64,000 nt of DNA from an uncultured Rhodospirillales bacterium (GTDB lineage Bacteria; Pseudomonadota; Alphaproteobacteria; RF32; CAG-239). Both the position numbers and the translations under genes were made by a program. The stretch is from NCBI GenBank assembly GCA_902763185.1, contig CACWQT010000005.1:4248-68247 (forward strand), written 5' to 3'. This document shows positions 24,830 to 33,811 of this stretch, piece by piece (within the stretch, counting starts at the first letter, position 1; the number at the start of each line of letters is the position of its first letter). The notes beneath the pieces were generated by a model. The model was not told the DNA's origin, ran no database searches, and was given only the letters and a program-made list of their open reading frames with translations.

Positions 24830-25282
24830 ATGAAAAAGATATTATTAATGGCTATATTAGCCATTGGTCTCGCAGTTCAAGGCTACGCGCAGAGACCACA
24901 CCACCACCATCATCACCACCCAATGCCCAGTTGGTATATTTGGAATGCAGTTGCAGGGTATTATTACTATTCAGCACTCAACTGCTACTGGTGGGGACCT
25001 TCATGGAGTGAGCCCAATAAGGTAAGGGTAGATTGCATAGAGTTCAAAAGAACATCTAGAGGGCGTCTCCGTATCAAAAATGGGAACCTCGAAAAAGAGT
25101 ATTACTCTATGTGGGAGGAAAACTCGTGGAGATTCCGTTGCCCTAATGGGGTGATTGCAGATGTCTCGACCGGAAACGGTCAAACCAAAATCAAGGTACG
25201 CAGTCAGGATGGCAAATTAACTTCAAGTTATACACTGACCGCAAGAAGAATACCATACACATACTATGGTTACTACTACTAA
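24830..25282 (+). CDS. Secreted His7- and Tyr/Trp-rich small protein (150 aa)
   Basis: Signal peptide MKKILLMAILAIGLAVQGYA, then QRPHHHHHHHPMPSWYIWN...GYYYYSALNCYWWGPSW, ending ...YTYYGYYY. Followed by a strong terminator. Confidence 0.65.
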   Translation: MKKILLMAILAIGLAVQGYAQRPHHHHHHHPMPSWYIWNAVAGYYYYSALNCYWWGPSWSEPNKVRVDCIEFKRTSRGRLRIKNGNLEKEYYSMWEENSWRFRCPNGVIADVSTGNGQTKIKVRSQDGKLTSSYTLTARRIPYTYYGYYY

Positions 25283-25284
25283 GA

Positions 25285-25309
25285 AAAGGAGGCGCAAGCC
25301 TCCTTTTTG
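25285..25309 (+). terminator. Intrinsic terminator
   Basis: aggaggc(25287-25293) / gcctcct(25298-25304), GCAA loop and T-run. Confidence 0.75.
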
Positions 25310-25491
25310 CATTTTAAATTCCGATTCGCAAATCTCATTTACGTTCATTTTCTAAATTTTCATCACAAACATATAACCCTATATGTGCTTTTCAGCACAT
25401 AATTCTATAAATTCGGTTTTCCCGCTCACATATACCTAAATCAACTTGATTATCACAAAATAGCCTGCTAATTTAGCTTAGGAGAACAAAC

Positions 25492-26016
25492 ATGAAAAAA
25501 CTGATACAGCATACCGAAATCTTAAAACACTTACCACGCACCGGATGGCTCCATCATCATATTGAAAATCCCGAAACCGTTGCCGCACACAGTTGGCAAA
25601 TGGCAATGATGGCCATGCAACTTTCCGGCACTTTAATAGAAGAACCTTATGATTTTAATAAGCTCATCAAAATGTGCCTCTGTCACGATTTAGGCGAAAG
25701 TATAATCGGTGATATTACCCCGAGTGATGCCAAGTATAAAGATAAACAACAGGCGGAATTAAAAGCTGTCAATTATCTTGCCGAGTGTTGCGATATGCCG
25801 GAAGTGATTTTATTGTTTGAAGAATATGAAAAAAACGAAACCAAAGAGGCAAAGCTCGCTCATGATTTGGATTTATTGGATATGTATGCCCAATCCTTGG
25901 ATTATGAAAAAAAAATTCCCGATAAAGACTTAAGCGAATTTCGTCAAACGGTCATCAATAAATTGCAAACCCCATTGGGAAGTGCGATTTTAAAAGACTT
26001 AACGCCTAAAAGCTGA
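25492..26016 (+). CDS. HD-domain 5'-deoxynucleotidase (YfbR/HDDC2-like)
   Basis: 'LPRTGW', 'ETVAAHSW' and 'CLCHDLGESIIGDITPSD'. Confidence 0.8.
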   Translation: MKKLIQHTEILKHLPRTGWLHHHIENPETVAAHSWQMAMMAMQLSGTLIEEPYDFNKLIKMCLCHDLGESIIGDITPSDAKYKDKQQAELKAVNYLAECCDMPEVILLFEEYEKNETKEAKLAHDLDLLDMYAQSLDYEKKIPDKDLSEFRQTVINKLQTPLGSAILKDLTPKS

Positions 26017-26138
26017 TAACTTTTTTCTTGCGTCAAAAAAACTTTACTTTATACTGCCCTCTGTCAAAGAAAGTAAAAACTTTGAATTTTTATGTTTCTT
26101 TGGTGAAGGTTATAACATCTTTTCACTAAGAGGAATAA

Positions 26139-27227
26139 ATGAAAATACTCGTTGGTTTAAGCGGCGGTGTCGATTCGTCCGTCACAGCTTGCTTATTAAA
26201 AGAGCAGGGACATGAGGTTATCGGTGCCACTATGTCTATATGGGATAAGAGCAAACACTATAACATCACCGCCCATAAAGATGCCTGCTTTTCTCCGCAT
26301 GAAGAAGAGGATATTAAAGTAGCTCAAGCTTTGTGTGAAAAATTAGATATCCCGTATCATGTCATAGATTGCACCAAACAATATCAAAAATTGGTGTTGG
26401 ATAATTTTAAACAAGAATATTTAGCAGGTCGCACACCAAATCCTTGCGTGATGTGCAATGCGACCATTAAGTTTGAAGCACTCCCCAGAAGTGCCACCGA
26501 GCAAGGGATATTATTTGATAAGTTTGCAACCGGTCATTATGCCAGATTGTCATATAATGAGGACTTAAAGCGTTATCAGCTCCGTCGTGCGGTGGATGAA
26601 AAAAAGGATCAGAGTTACTTTATTTATCGCTTGCAACAAGAGCAATTATCAAGAGTTTTAATGCCGTTGGGTGAATATACCAAAGACGAGGTTCGCAACA
26701 TCGCTCGTAAATACGGCTTGGAAGTAAGTGATAAAAAAGACAGTCAGGATTTTTATACCGGCGATATCAATGATATTTTGGAGCAAGCCCCTCAAGTTGG
26801 TAATTTTGTAGATAAAGACGGTAAGGTCTTAGGCAAGCACCAAGGTATATGGAATTTTACCATCGGTCAACGCCGCGGCTTAGGAATTAGTGCTGACCGG
26901 CCGCTTTATGTTATTGGGCTAAATAAAGAGCGAAACGAAGTTGTTTTAGGTTACGCCGAGGATGGCAAGAGAGAAACCCTCATAGCCAAAGATGTCAACT
27001 GGCTCTCAATTCCCCCGATGACTGCCAAAACAAAAGCCTTAGTAAGACTTCGCTCATCGCAAATACCTGTTTTAGCAGAGTTAGAGCCGCTTGCGGATAA
27101 TGAAATTTCAGTCAAATTCTTAGAGCCTCAATCAGCCGTTGCTGCCGGTCAATCCGCTGTCTTTTATGATGATGAAGGCTATGTTTTAGGCGGTGGCTTT
27201 ATCAAGGGTGCCGATAATGCTAAATAA
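26139..27227 (+). CDS. mnmA: tRNA-specific 2-thiouridylase
   Basis: PP-loop 'ILVGLSGGVDSSV', 'GRTPNPCVMCN', 'ATGHYAR' and 'KDQSYFIY'. Confidence 0.93.
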   Translation: MKILVGLSGGVDSSVTACLLKEQGHEVIGATMSIWDKSKHYNITAHKDACFSPHEEEDIKVAQALCEKLDIPYHVIDCTKQYQKLVLDNFKQEYLAGRTPNPCVMCNATIKFEALPRSATEQGILFDKFATGHYARLSYNEDLKRYQLRRAVDEKKDQSYFIYRLQQEQLSRVLMPLGEYTKDEVRNIARKYGLEVSDKKDSQDFYTGDINDILEQAPQVGNFVDKDGKVLGKHQGIWNFTIGQRRGLGISADRPLYVIGLNKERNEVVLGYAEDGKRETLIAKDVNWLSIPPMTAKTKALVRLRSSQIPVLAELEPLADNEISVKFLEPQSAVAAGQSAVFYDDEGYVLGGGFIKGADNAK

Positions 27228-28209
27228 ACAAGAAATAATATCTTTATTGCAAGATGAGGAAAACCAAGCCGATTTGCTCAAAAGAGCCGATGAAGTGCGA
27301 CACCAATATGTTGGCGATGAGGTGCATTTAAGGGGCTTAATTGAGTTTTCAAACATCTGTCGTAACAACTGCCTTTATTGCGGTATCAGACGCGGTAACA
27401 CCAAAGTTTGCCGCTATCACATGGATGAAAATGAGTTAATAGAAACCGCACGCCGCGCCGCAGCTCTTGGCTTTAAGACCATTGTTATGCAATCCGGCGA
27501 AGACATGTATTATACTGAGCCTCGCCTCTGTCGCATTATAGAAGCGATTAAAAAGTTTGACGTTGCCATAACCTTGAGTATCGGGGAGCGCACCTATGAA
27601 GAATACAAAGCCTTCCGGGAGGCAGGCGCAGACCGTTATCTGATGAGGATAGAAACAACTGATAAAGAGCTATATCACAAACTTGATCCGGAGATGAGTT
27701 GGCAACACCGCTATGAGTGCTTATTGGCAATCAAAGAATTAGGTTATGAACTCGGCTCCGGTATAATGGTGGGGCTTCCCGAACAAAGTATAGAAAGCAT
27801 TGCCGAGGACCTGTTGTTCTTAAAAGAGTTAGGCGTTGATATGGCGGGTATCGGTCCGTTTATTCCGCACCCTGAAACACCTTTGGCTCATGAAAAAGGC
27901 GGCACTTTAGGCTTGGCATTAAGAACCATGGCGGTTATGCGTCTGTTACTACCTGATATAAACATTCCGGCAACAACCGCCATGGAAAGCCTTCACCCCG
28001 AAGGGCGGATTATGGCACTTAAAGCCGGCGCTAATGTGGTAATGCCAAATGTCACCGAAGGCGAATATCGCAAACTCTATGAGCTTTATCCCAATAAAAT
28101 TTGCGTGAACGATACGCCGGCACATTGCCGCAGTTGTATCGGTATGAAAATCCAAATGATTGGACGCCAAATCGGCACCGGCTATGGCGCACACAAAAAG
28201 GCTTCATAA
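27217..28209 (+). CDS. Radical SAM protein, HydE-like (BioB/HydE/PylB clade)
   Basis: 'EFSNICRNNCLYCGIRRGN' (CX3CX2C motif), 'IVMQSGED' and 'GSGIMVGLPEQ'. The start at MLNKQE overlaps the mnmA stop by 11 nt. Confidence 0.65.
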   Translation: MLNKQEIISLLQDEENQADLLKRADEVRHQYVGDEVHLRGLIEFSNICRNNCLYCGIRRGNTKVCRYHMDENELIETARRAAALGFKTIVMQSGEDMYYTEPRLCRIIEAIKKFDVAITLSIGERTYEEYKAFREAGADRYLMRIETTDKELYHKLDPEMSWQHRYECLLAIKELGYELGSGIMVGLPEQSIESIAEDLLFLKELGVDMAGIGPFIPHPETPLAHEKGGTLGLALRTMAVMRLLLPDINIPATTAMESLHPEGRIMALKAGANVVMPNVTEGEYRKLYELYPNKICVNDTPAHCRSCIGMKIQMIGRQIGTGYGAHKKAS

Positions 28210-28265
28210 AAAATAAAGCATTTTATGTGACAATACTTCAAAGAGATTTTAAGCGGAGCTATCAA

Positions 28266-28982
28266 ATGAAAAAGTTTTTGAGCATCTTTATTTTAGCCAT
28301 AAGTTTAATATTGGGCGAGGCAAAAGCCGAAACAATTGCACATATACCGGATAATCCGTCATCAGCCCTTATCATTATTCATGGTTATGGTGGAAATGCC
28401 CATACACTTTCTTGGATGACCGATAAACTAAAAGCATCTCTCCCTGATACGGCATTTTATTACCCAGAAGCACCAGATAAAGCTCCTGTAGGAGATTATC
28501 AATGGTTTGTTGTTCCTTACATGGGTGAAAAAATCGCAGATGAAACGATGTATCAAGAGATGATGAAAGATGCTCTTAAAAATGTTTCAGTTATTCATCA
28601 ACTCATAGATGATATTCACAAAAGCCAAAATATTCCTTATGACAAGATTTACGTTTCAGGTTTTTCACAAGGGGGCTTAATGGCTGTATTAACGGGCTTA
28701 ACCCACAAACACCAGCTGACAAAAGTCATTTCTTTTTCGGGTGTTCCTGTGCTTTTTACGCCTGATTTTAAGCCCAATCATATTATTGCCGCACCGGATA
28801 TTTTGCTCATCCAAGGTGATAGCGATAATGTTATTCCTAAAGACAGCTTAAAAATGAGCGCAACCACGTTGGTTTTAGTCGGCATAGAACCTTATATCCG
28901 CGTTATCAAAGGAATGCCCCACAGCATTAACCGCCACGCCGGACAATATTTGATTGATTTTATCAATGACAATATGGATTAA
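28266..28982 (+). CDS. Secreted alpha/beta hydrolase (phospholipase/carboxylesterase family)
   Basis: Signal peptide MKKFLSIFILAISLILGEAKA, 'IIHGYGGN', nucleophile elbow 'GFSQGG', and the later 'GDSDNVIP' and 'MPHSI'. Confidence 0.75.
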   Translation: MKKFLSIFILAISLILGEAKAETIAHIPDNPSSALIIIHGYGGNAHTLSWMTDKLKASLPDTAFYYPEAPDKAPVGDYQWFVVPYMGEKIADETMYQEMMKDALKNVSVIHQLIDDIHKSQNIPYDKIYVSGFSQGGLMAVLTGLTHKHQLTKVISFSGVPVLFTPDFKPNHIIAAPDILLIQGDSDNVIPKDSLKMSATTLVLVGIEPYIRVIKGMPHSINRHAGQYLIDFINDNMD

Positions 28983-29959
28983 TTCTGATATTTTAACTTT
29001 CCGTCTTTAAGCTCTGCCGCTCCCCCTAACGGTATCGTCAACAGCGGCGCTGAATGCCCAAAGTCAACATTAGCTAAAATCGGTAGATTTTTAAGCTGAG
29101 GCTTAGTATTAAGAATATACTCTAAACCTTCGCGCGTTACCTTGGAGCCTTTTTGAAAACGCCCGATAACGAGCCCTTTAACGTTCTTAAAGTCATCCTG
29201 GTAAATAAGCGATTGTAGCAGGCGTTCAAATTCCGGCAACGAACAGCCTTCCGTATCTTCAATAAATAAAATCGTATCTTCTTCAAATTTCGGGCGATAG
29301 GGGGTGCCGAGCAACAAGCAGAATGTGCCGAGATTACCGCCGATAATCTTTCCTTTAGCCACACCGTTATGAATATTCCAATAGCCCTCATTTGCATCAA
29401 ATTCACGTTTTTCTTGATCCAAAAACCACAAATCATCGCTCCAAACTTCTGAAGGCTCTATTTCATCTTTGCCGTCTGTAACAAGCATCTTGATAAAATG
29501 TTCAAATGTATAATCCGCTCCGTATTTCATCCCAAGCGAACTAAAGTGCGGACCATAATAAGTAACAAGTCCGGTTTTGGCACCGATTGCTCCGTGAAGT
29601 GCGGTAATATCCGAAAAACCGCAAAAGATTTTGGGGTTAGCCTTGATTAGATCATAATCAATAGAGGTAATGAGTTGGTTTGAGTTAAACCCGCCAATCA
29701 TCGTCAAAATCCCTTTAACGCTCTTATCGCCAAAAGCGGTATGAATGTCGGTAACTCTTTTCTCAACTGAACTTGACCCCATATAATCCCAGTTTTCATC
29801 AGAGGTATTCGGCGCAAAAACAACTTCTAAGCCTAAACTTTCTAATCTTTGTCGCGCAATCTCACGACAGTCTTGTCCGATAATTTTAATGCCGCGGGCA
29901 GGGGCAATCACCATCACTTTGTCGCCTTTTTTCAATCTTTCCGGAATTATTTTTTGCAT
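28979..29959 (-). CDS. LD-carboxypeptidase (peptidase S66, LdcA/MccF-like)
   Basis: 'KGDKVMVIAPA', 'GGFNSNQL', 'FCGFSDITALH' and 'FGHSAP'. Confidence 0.8.
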   Translation of the reverse strand: MQKIIPERLKKGDKVMVIAPARGIKIIGQDCREIARQRLESLGLEVVFAPNTSDENWDYMGSSSVEKRVTDIHTAFGDKSVKGILTMIGGFNSNQLITSIDYDLIKANPKIFCGFSDITALHGAIGAKTGLVTYYGPHFSSLGMKYGADYTFEHFIKMLVTDGKDEIEPSEVWSDDLWFLDQEKREFDANEGYWNIHNGVAKGKIIGGNLGTFCLLLGTPYRPKFEEDTILFIEDTEGCSLPEFERLLQSLIYQDDFKNVKGLVIGRFQKGSKVTREGLEYILNTKPQLKNLPILANVDFGHSAPLLTIPLGGAAELKDGKLKYQN

Positions 29960-29977
29960 TTTTTTCTCCTTAATAAA

Positions 29978-31657
29978 TTAGTCATCACCTTGGTTATCAA
30001 GGTCTTCCTCCCAATGCACATGGAGCATGGTTACAGGCTTAATATCCGTCGCACTAAATACACGGCGTCTGATTTGCCCGCGAATAAAGTCTTCAAGAGA
30101 GTTGCGTTTCGGCAGTTCCTGAAGCTTTTTCTCTATTAACGGTTTAACCTGTTTTAATATTTCTTCTGAAAGCACATACCACTCATTTTCTTCTAGAATA
30201 TCAATCGAGCTGATTTCAAGAGATTTCAAGTGGTAGTCTTTGCTGATAACCGCGCTGATAAAGAGCGAGCAGTTATACATAATCCGCCGTCTGTTTTTAA
30301 TCAAATCAGAGCCGAGAGAAACCGGACGTTGCCGATCAAGTCCCATTGTTTCCACCACAATTTGCTCCAAAAGCTTTATCTGATTATCATGATAGAGGCA
30401 AATATCGCCGTTTTGTGCGGAAAAGACGTCTTGCACGCCGGAGTTTAAAGCAAATCTCTTGTGTTCGCGGATAAATTTCTTATCTCCATGCACCGGCAAA
30501 ACGATTTTGGGGTTTAAGAGTTCATACATCTTTTTAAGGTCATGTCGGTTAGCATGTCCTGAGGTGTGTACCGGATATTCTTCTTCGGTAATCAAATTAA
30601 CCCCCTGCACACGCATTTTTTCTTGTAATCGCTCAATTTTATCTTCATTGCCGGGGATAATTTTTGATGAGAATATTGCGTTATCATCTTTGCCGAGTTT
30701 GATGTATTTGCTTTCGCCGTTAGCAATAATCGTCATAGCGCTGCGATAATTTGCCTGCGAGCCGGTGCAGATATAAAGCGCTTTATCGGAGGTAATCCCC
30801 GAGACTTGGTCTATTGTGTAGTAGTTACCGCAATTTTGAAGGTATCCGCAATCTTTGGCAATTTTGGCATTTGTAACCAAGCTCCGCCCCACCAAAACCG
30901 GTGTTCGATTGGCTTTTTCTGCGGCCATTATCAAACTTTCCAGCCGCATAATGTTAGATGCAAAGCAAGTGGCAACAATTCCACCACTTAAAGTCGGTAT
31001 AAGCTCCATCAAATTTTTTCTGACGTCAAGCTCACTGGTTTGTTCTTTATCAACCAAAACATTGGTAGAATCACAAACAAAAATATCGACACCGGTTTCG
31101 GATGCTCTCTTTAGAGCCTCAAAATCGGTCTTAAGCTCCGGTAATTTGTTGTCGTCAAACCGCCAGTCAGTAGCGTGCATCACATTTCCATATGGGGTTT
31201 TGATAAACAGAGCTGAGGTTTCCGGCACCGTGTGTGCCACCGGGATAAATTCAATTTCAAATGGGTCTAATTTAACAATCGGATTTTGATTAACCGAAAC
31301 AAGCGGCACAATGTCTTCCATCTTATATTCACTTAAGCGTGATTTAACAAGTCCTAACGAGAAATTCGTGCCATAAACCGGACACTGTAAAGAGGGCCAA
31401 ACTTGGGCAATTGCCCCCAGATGGTCTTCATGTCCATGGGTAATAAACAAACCTAAAATATCATCTTTGTAATTTTCTAAAAACTCCGGCGAGGCATAAC
31501 ACATATCCATCCCCGGATAATCATCGTTTAGAAAACCATATCCGGCATCTACCACAATGAGTTTACCTTGAACAGCATAAACATACATATTCATTCCGAT
31601 TTCATCGGATCCACCCATTGGTATAAAATACAATCCTTTTTTCTTAAAATCGTTCAT
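29978..31657 (-). CDS. rnj: Ribonuclease J
   Basis: Metallo-beta-lactamase motif 'ITHGHEDHLGA', beta-CASP 'CDSTN' and 'VHTSGHA'. 559 aa. Confidence 0.9.
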   Translation of the reverse strand: MNDFKKKGLYFIPMGGSDEIGMNMYVYAVQGKLIVVDAGYGFLNDDYPGMDMCYASPEFLENYKDDILGLFITHGHEDHLGAIAQVWPSLQCPVYGTNFSLGLVKSRLSEYKMEDIVPLVSVNQNPIVKLDPFEIEFIPVAHTVPETSALFIKTPYGNVMHATDWRFDDNKLPELKTDFEALKRASETGVDIFVCDSTNVLVDKEQTSELDVRKNLMELIPTLSGGIVATCFASNIMRLESLIMAAEKANRTPVLVGRSLVTNAKIAKDCGYLQNCGNYYTIDQVSGITSDKALYICTGSQANYRSAMTIIANGESKYIKLGKDDNAIFSSKIIPGNEDKIERLQEKMRVQGVNLITEEEYPVHTSGHANRHDLKKMYELLNPKIVLPVHGDKKFIREHKRFALNSGVQDVFSAQNGDICLYHDNQIKLLEQIVVETMGLDRQRPVSLGSDLIKNRRRIMYNCSLFISAVISKDYHLKSLEISSIDILEENEWYVLSEEILKQVKPLIEKKLQELPKRNSLEDFIRGQIRRRVFSATDIKPVTMLHVHWEEDLDNQGDD

Positions 31658-31671
31658 TTCTTATTATTCCT

Positions 31672-32400
31672 TTATGATATAAACAAATCTCCGGCAATGA
31701 TTCGTTCCTCTTTATCTTCTGTTTTTAATATCAAATAACCGTTGTCGTCAAGAGTTAAAAACATGCCTTTTTGAGATTTTTCATCATTTTTTATCGTAAT
31801 TTCTTGGTTAAGATTAAGCGCTAAACTAAGCCACTCTTCTTTGAGCCTGCCAAATCCTTCTTCCCGATAGACCATCAAATCACGGCTATATTGCTTAAAA
31901 TAAGCCTTCAAAAACTCAATGCGGTCTAGTTCAATCCCGTTATCGGCAAGTGAAGTCGCTTGATACGGCATATCATAAATTTGCGGTGCGCCTTTAATAT
32001 TAACCCCGATACCAATTGCCCATAAATTATCCGAAATATTTTCAATCAAAATTCCGGAAAGCTTTTTATGCGCCAGAAACACATCATTCGGCCACTTAAT
32101 TTTAACATCTGCCTTTAAGGACAGTTTGATTACTGTTTTTGCAAGTGATAACCCGATTAAACAAACAAACCGGCTGAGTTCAGAGGGCTCAATTTCTTCG
32201 CTATATGTAAAATAGAGATTACCTTCCACACTTTGCCATTTTCTGCCGCGTCTACCTTTACCGCCGGTTTGTTTAACCGCGCTTAAAATAACCGGAAACC
32301 TATCTTTATCCCATTTCTTTATTTCATCGTTTGTAGAGCCGACCACAGGCGCCTCATACCAAGCCCAACGGCAAATTTGTTCTTTATAAGAAAACGACAT
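31672..32400 (-). CDS. birA: Biotin--[acetyl-CoA-carboxylase] ligase (class I, no HTH domain)
   Basis: 'GSTNDE', 'QTGGKGRRGRKWQS' and 'KWPNDV'. The start at MSFSYK overlaps the end of the nuoN-like gene. Confidence 0.88.
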   Translation of the reverse strand: MSFSYKEQICRWAWYEAPVVGSTNDEIKKWDKDRFPVILSAVKQTGGKGRRGRKWQSVEGNLYFTYSEEIEPSELSRFVCLIGLSLAKTVIKLSLKADVKIKWPNDVFLAHKKLSGILIENISDNLWAIGIGVNIKGAPQIYDMPYQATSLADNGIELDRIEFLKAYFKQYSRDLMVYREEGFGRLKEEWLSLALNLNQEITIKNDEKSQKGMFLTLDDNGYLILKTEDKEERIIAGDLFIS

Positions 32401-33799
32401 AAAACATATCCTTAATTCGTTCAAAAATATGACACGGGTTAAACACTAACAATGTAATCATTAAAACATTAAGCACCATATAAAGCAATACCCATCTGTT
32501 TACGGTATCAAATATTCTCACTTTATGCTCAAAATAGGCGGTTTTAATAATTTCCAGATAAGCCTTAAACATAATGAGTAAAAAAGCAAAGGTAATACTT
32601 AAAGAAATAAAATATTTAGCCTGAATAATCTCATAAGCAAAATTAAACATTCCCCAAAAACCGATAAGCGGTGGAATACCGATAAGAGAAAACAAACTGA
32701 CAGACAAAGCTCCTGTGGCATAAGCGCGTGTTTCTGCCAACCCTGCAATTCCGGTAATAGAAGACAAATATTCACCGTGGCTTTTAAGACTATAAAAGAC
32801 CAAATATGCGCCGTTTAAGCTTAAAAGATATGCAAAAAGGTAGATAAAGGCAGCAAAGTCTGTATGATTATGTCCGAGCGAGAGTAAAAGTAAGACCAAT
32901 CCCAAATGATAAAGCGAGCTATAAGCATAAATGCGTTGTAAGTTAATGCGTGCATTTGCGCCAATCGCCCCGAAAATAACGGAAACAAGTGCAAATACGA
33001 GATAAATCTGTCCCAAAACATCCGGATATACATCATATAAAATAATATTTAATTTAATGAATGCGCCCAAGTAGGCTAAAGGCAATACAATGGCAAAGAA
33101 GTGACTGACCGGTAGAGCGGATAAGCTTAATTTATCTTCTGTGGCAATGTGCAACGGTGCAATTCCCAAAGCATAGAAAAAGGGCAACACAAGTGCCGTA
33201 ACAGCCCCAAAACAAAGTATTGATGTCGGATTTTGTTGCAAAAAAGTTTTAAGTTCCGCATACCCCAAACGCCCATTGAGTTCATAATAAAAATAACCAA
33301 CGGCGGCAGCAAATAATCCCAAAACAATTATGCCCGAAATACCGGATCTTAAAGAGATTTGTATTTTATTATCACTAATGCGCACAAGACCATAGTTTAT
33401 TATACTAAGGAAGACATAGCATGAGAATAAAGCCAAAAGATTATTTGTTTCAACTAATAGGCTTAATACCAAAGATGCCGCCAAAAGTAATATATCAAAT
33501 CGGCAACCGGTCCGATTTTTAGAAGAAAACCACGAGACCGATAATCCTAAGATGTGATAAATCAGCATGTAAATAATCAGGATAAATAAAAGACTGTAAG
33601 CATTGTTCTTAAAGATCTCTGCAAATGGTGAAGCTTCGTAAAAAACAATTCCGAAAAACAACGAAATAATCAGCCAAAATCGTGCAATTCTTGAATAAAT
33701 TTTAGCACGATCCTCATAAAAAATATATAAAAATACCAAGTGCAGAATGCCTACGGCTAAAGCAATGTAAGGAGTAAAAATTAAAAGATTTTGTATCAT
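32384..33799 (-). CDS. NuoN-like antiporter-type membrane subunit, strongly diverged
   Basis: 471 aa with about 14 TM segments. 'GIAPLHIA', 'YSSLYHLGLVLL' and 'FSLIGIPPLIGFWGMF' match the order of Proton_antipo_M-family motifs. It sits directly upstream of birA-rnj. Confidence 0.6.
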   Translation of the reverse strand: MIQNLLIFTPYIALAVGILHLVFLYIFYEDRAKIYSRIARFWLIISLFFGIVFYEASPFAEIFKNNAYSLLFILIIYMLIYHILGLSVSWFSSKNRTGCRFDILLLAASLVLSLLVETNNLLALFSCYVFLSIINYGLVRISDNKIQISLRSGISGIIVLGLFAAAVGYFYYELNGRLGYAELKTFLQQNPTSILCFGAVTALVLPFFYALGIAPLHIATEDKLSLSALPVSHFFAIVLPLAYLGAFIKLNIILYDVYPDVLGQIYLVFALVSVIFGAIGANARINLQRIYAYSSLYHLGLVLLLLSLGHNHTDFAAFIYLFAYLLSLNGAYLVFYSLKSHGEYLSSITGIAGLAETRAYATGALSVSLFSLIGIPPLIGFWGMFNFAYEIIQAKYFISLSITFAFLLIMFKAYLEIIKTAYFEHKVRIFDTVNRWVLLYMVLNVLMITLLVFNPCHIFERIKDMFYVVFL

Positions 33800-33811
33800 A
33801 TTTTTTTCTCC

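Noticed and set aside
24899-24919. His7 tract as a possible cloning or His-tag artefact
   Set aside because: The codons are mixed CAC/CAT. The tract follows a native signal peptide and a Gln-Arg-Pro segment, and there are no vector, protease-site or linker sequences nearby. I treat it as genuine.
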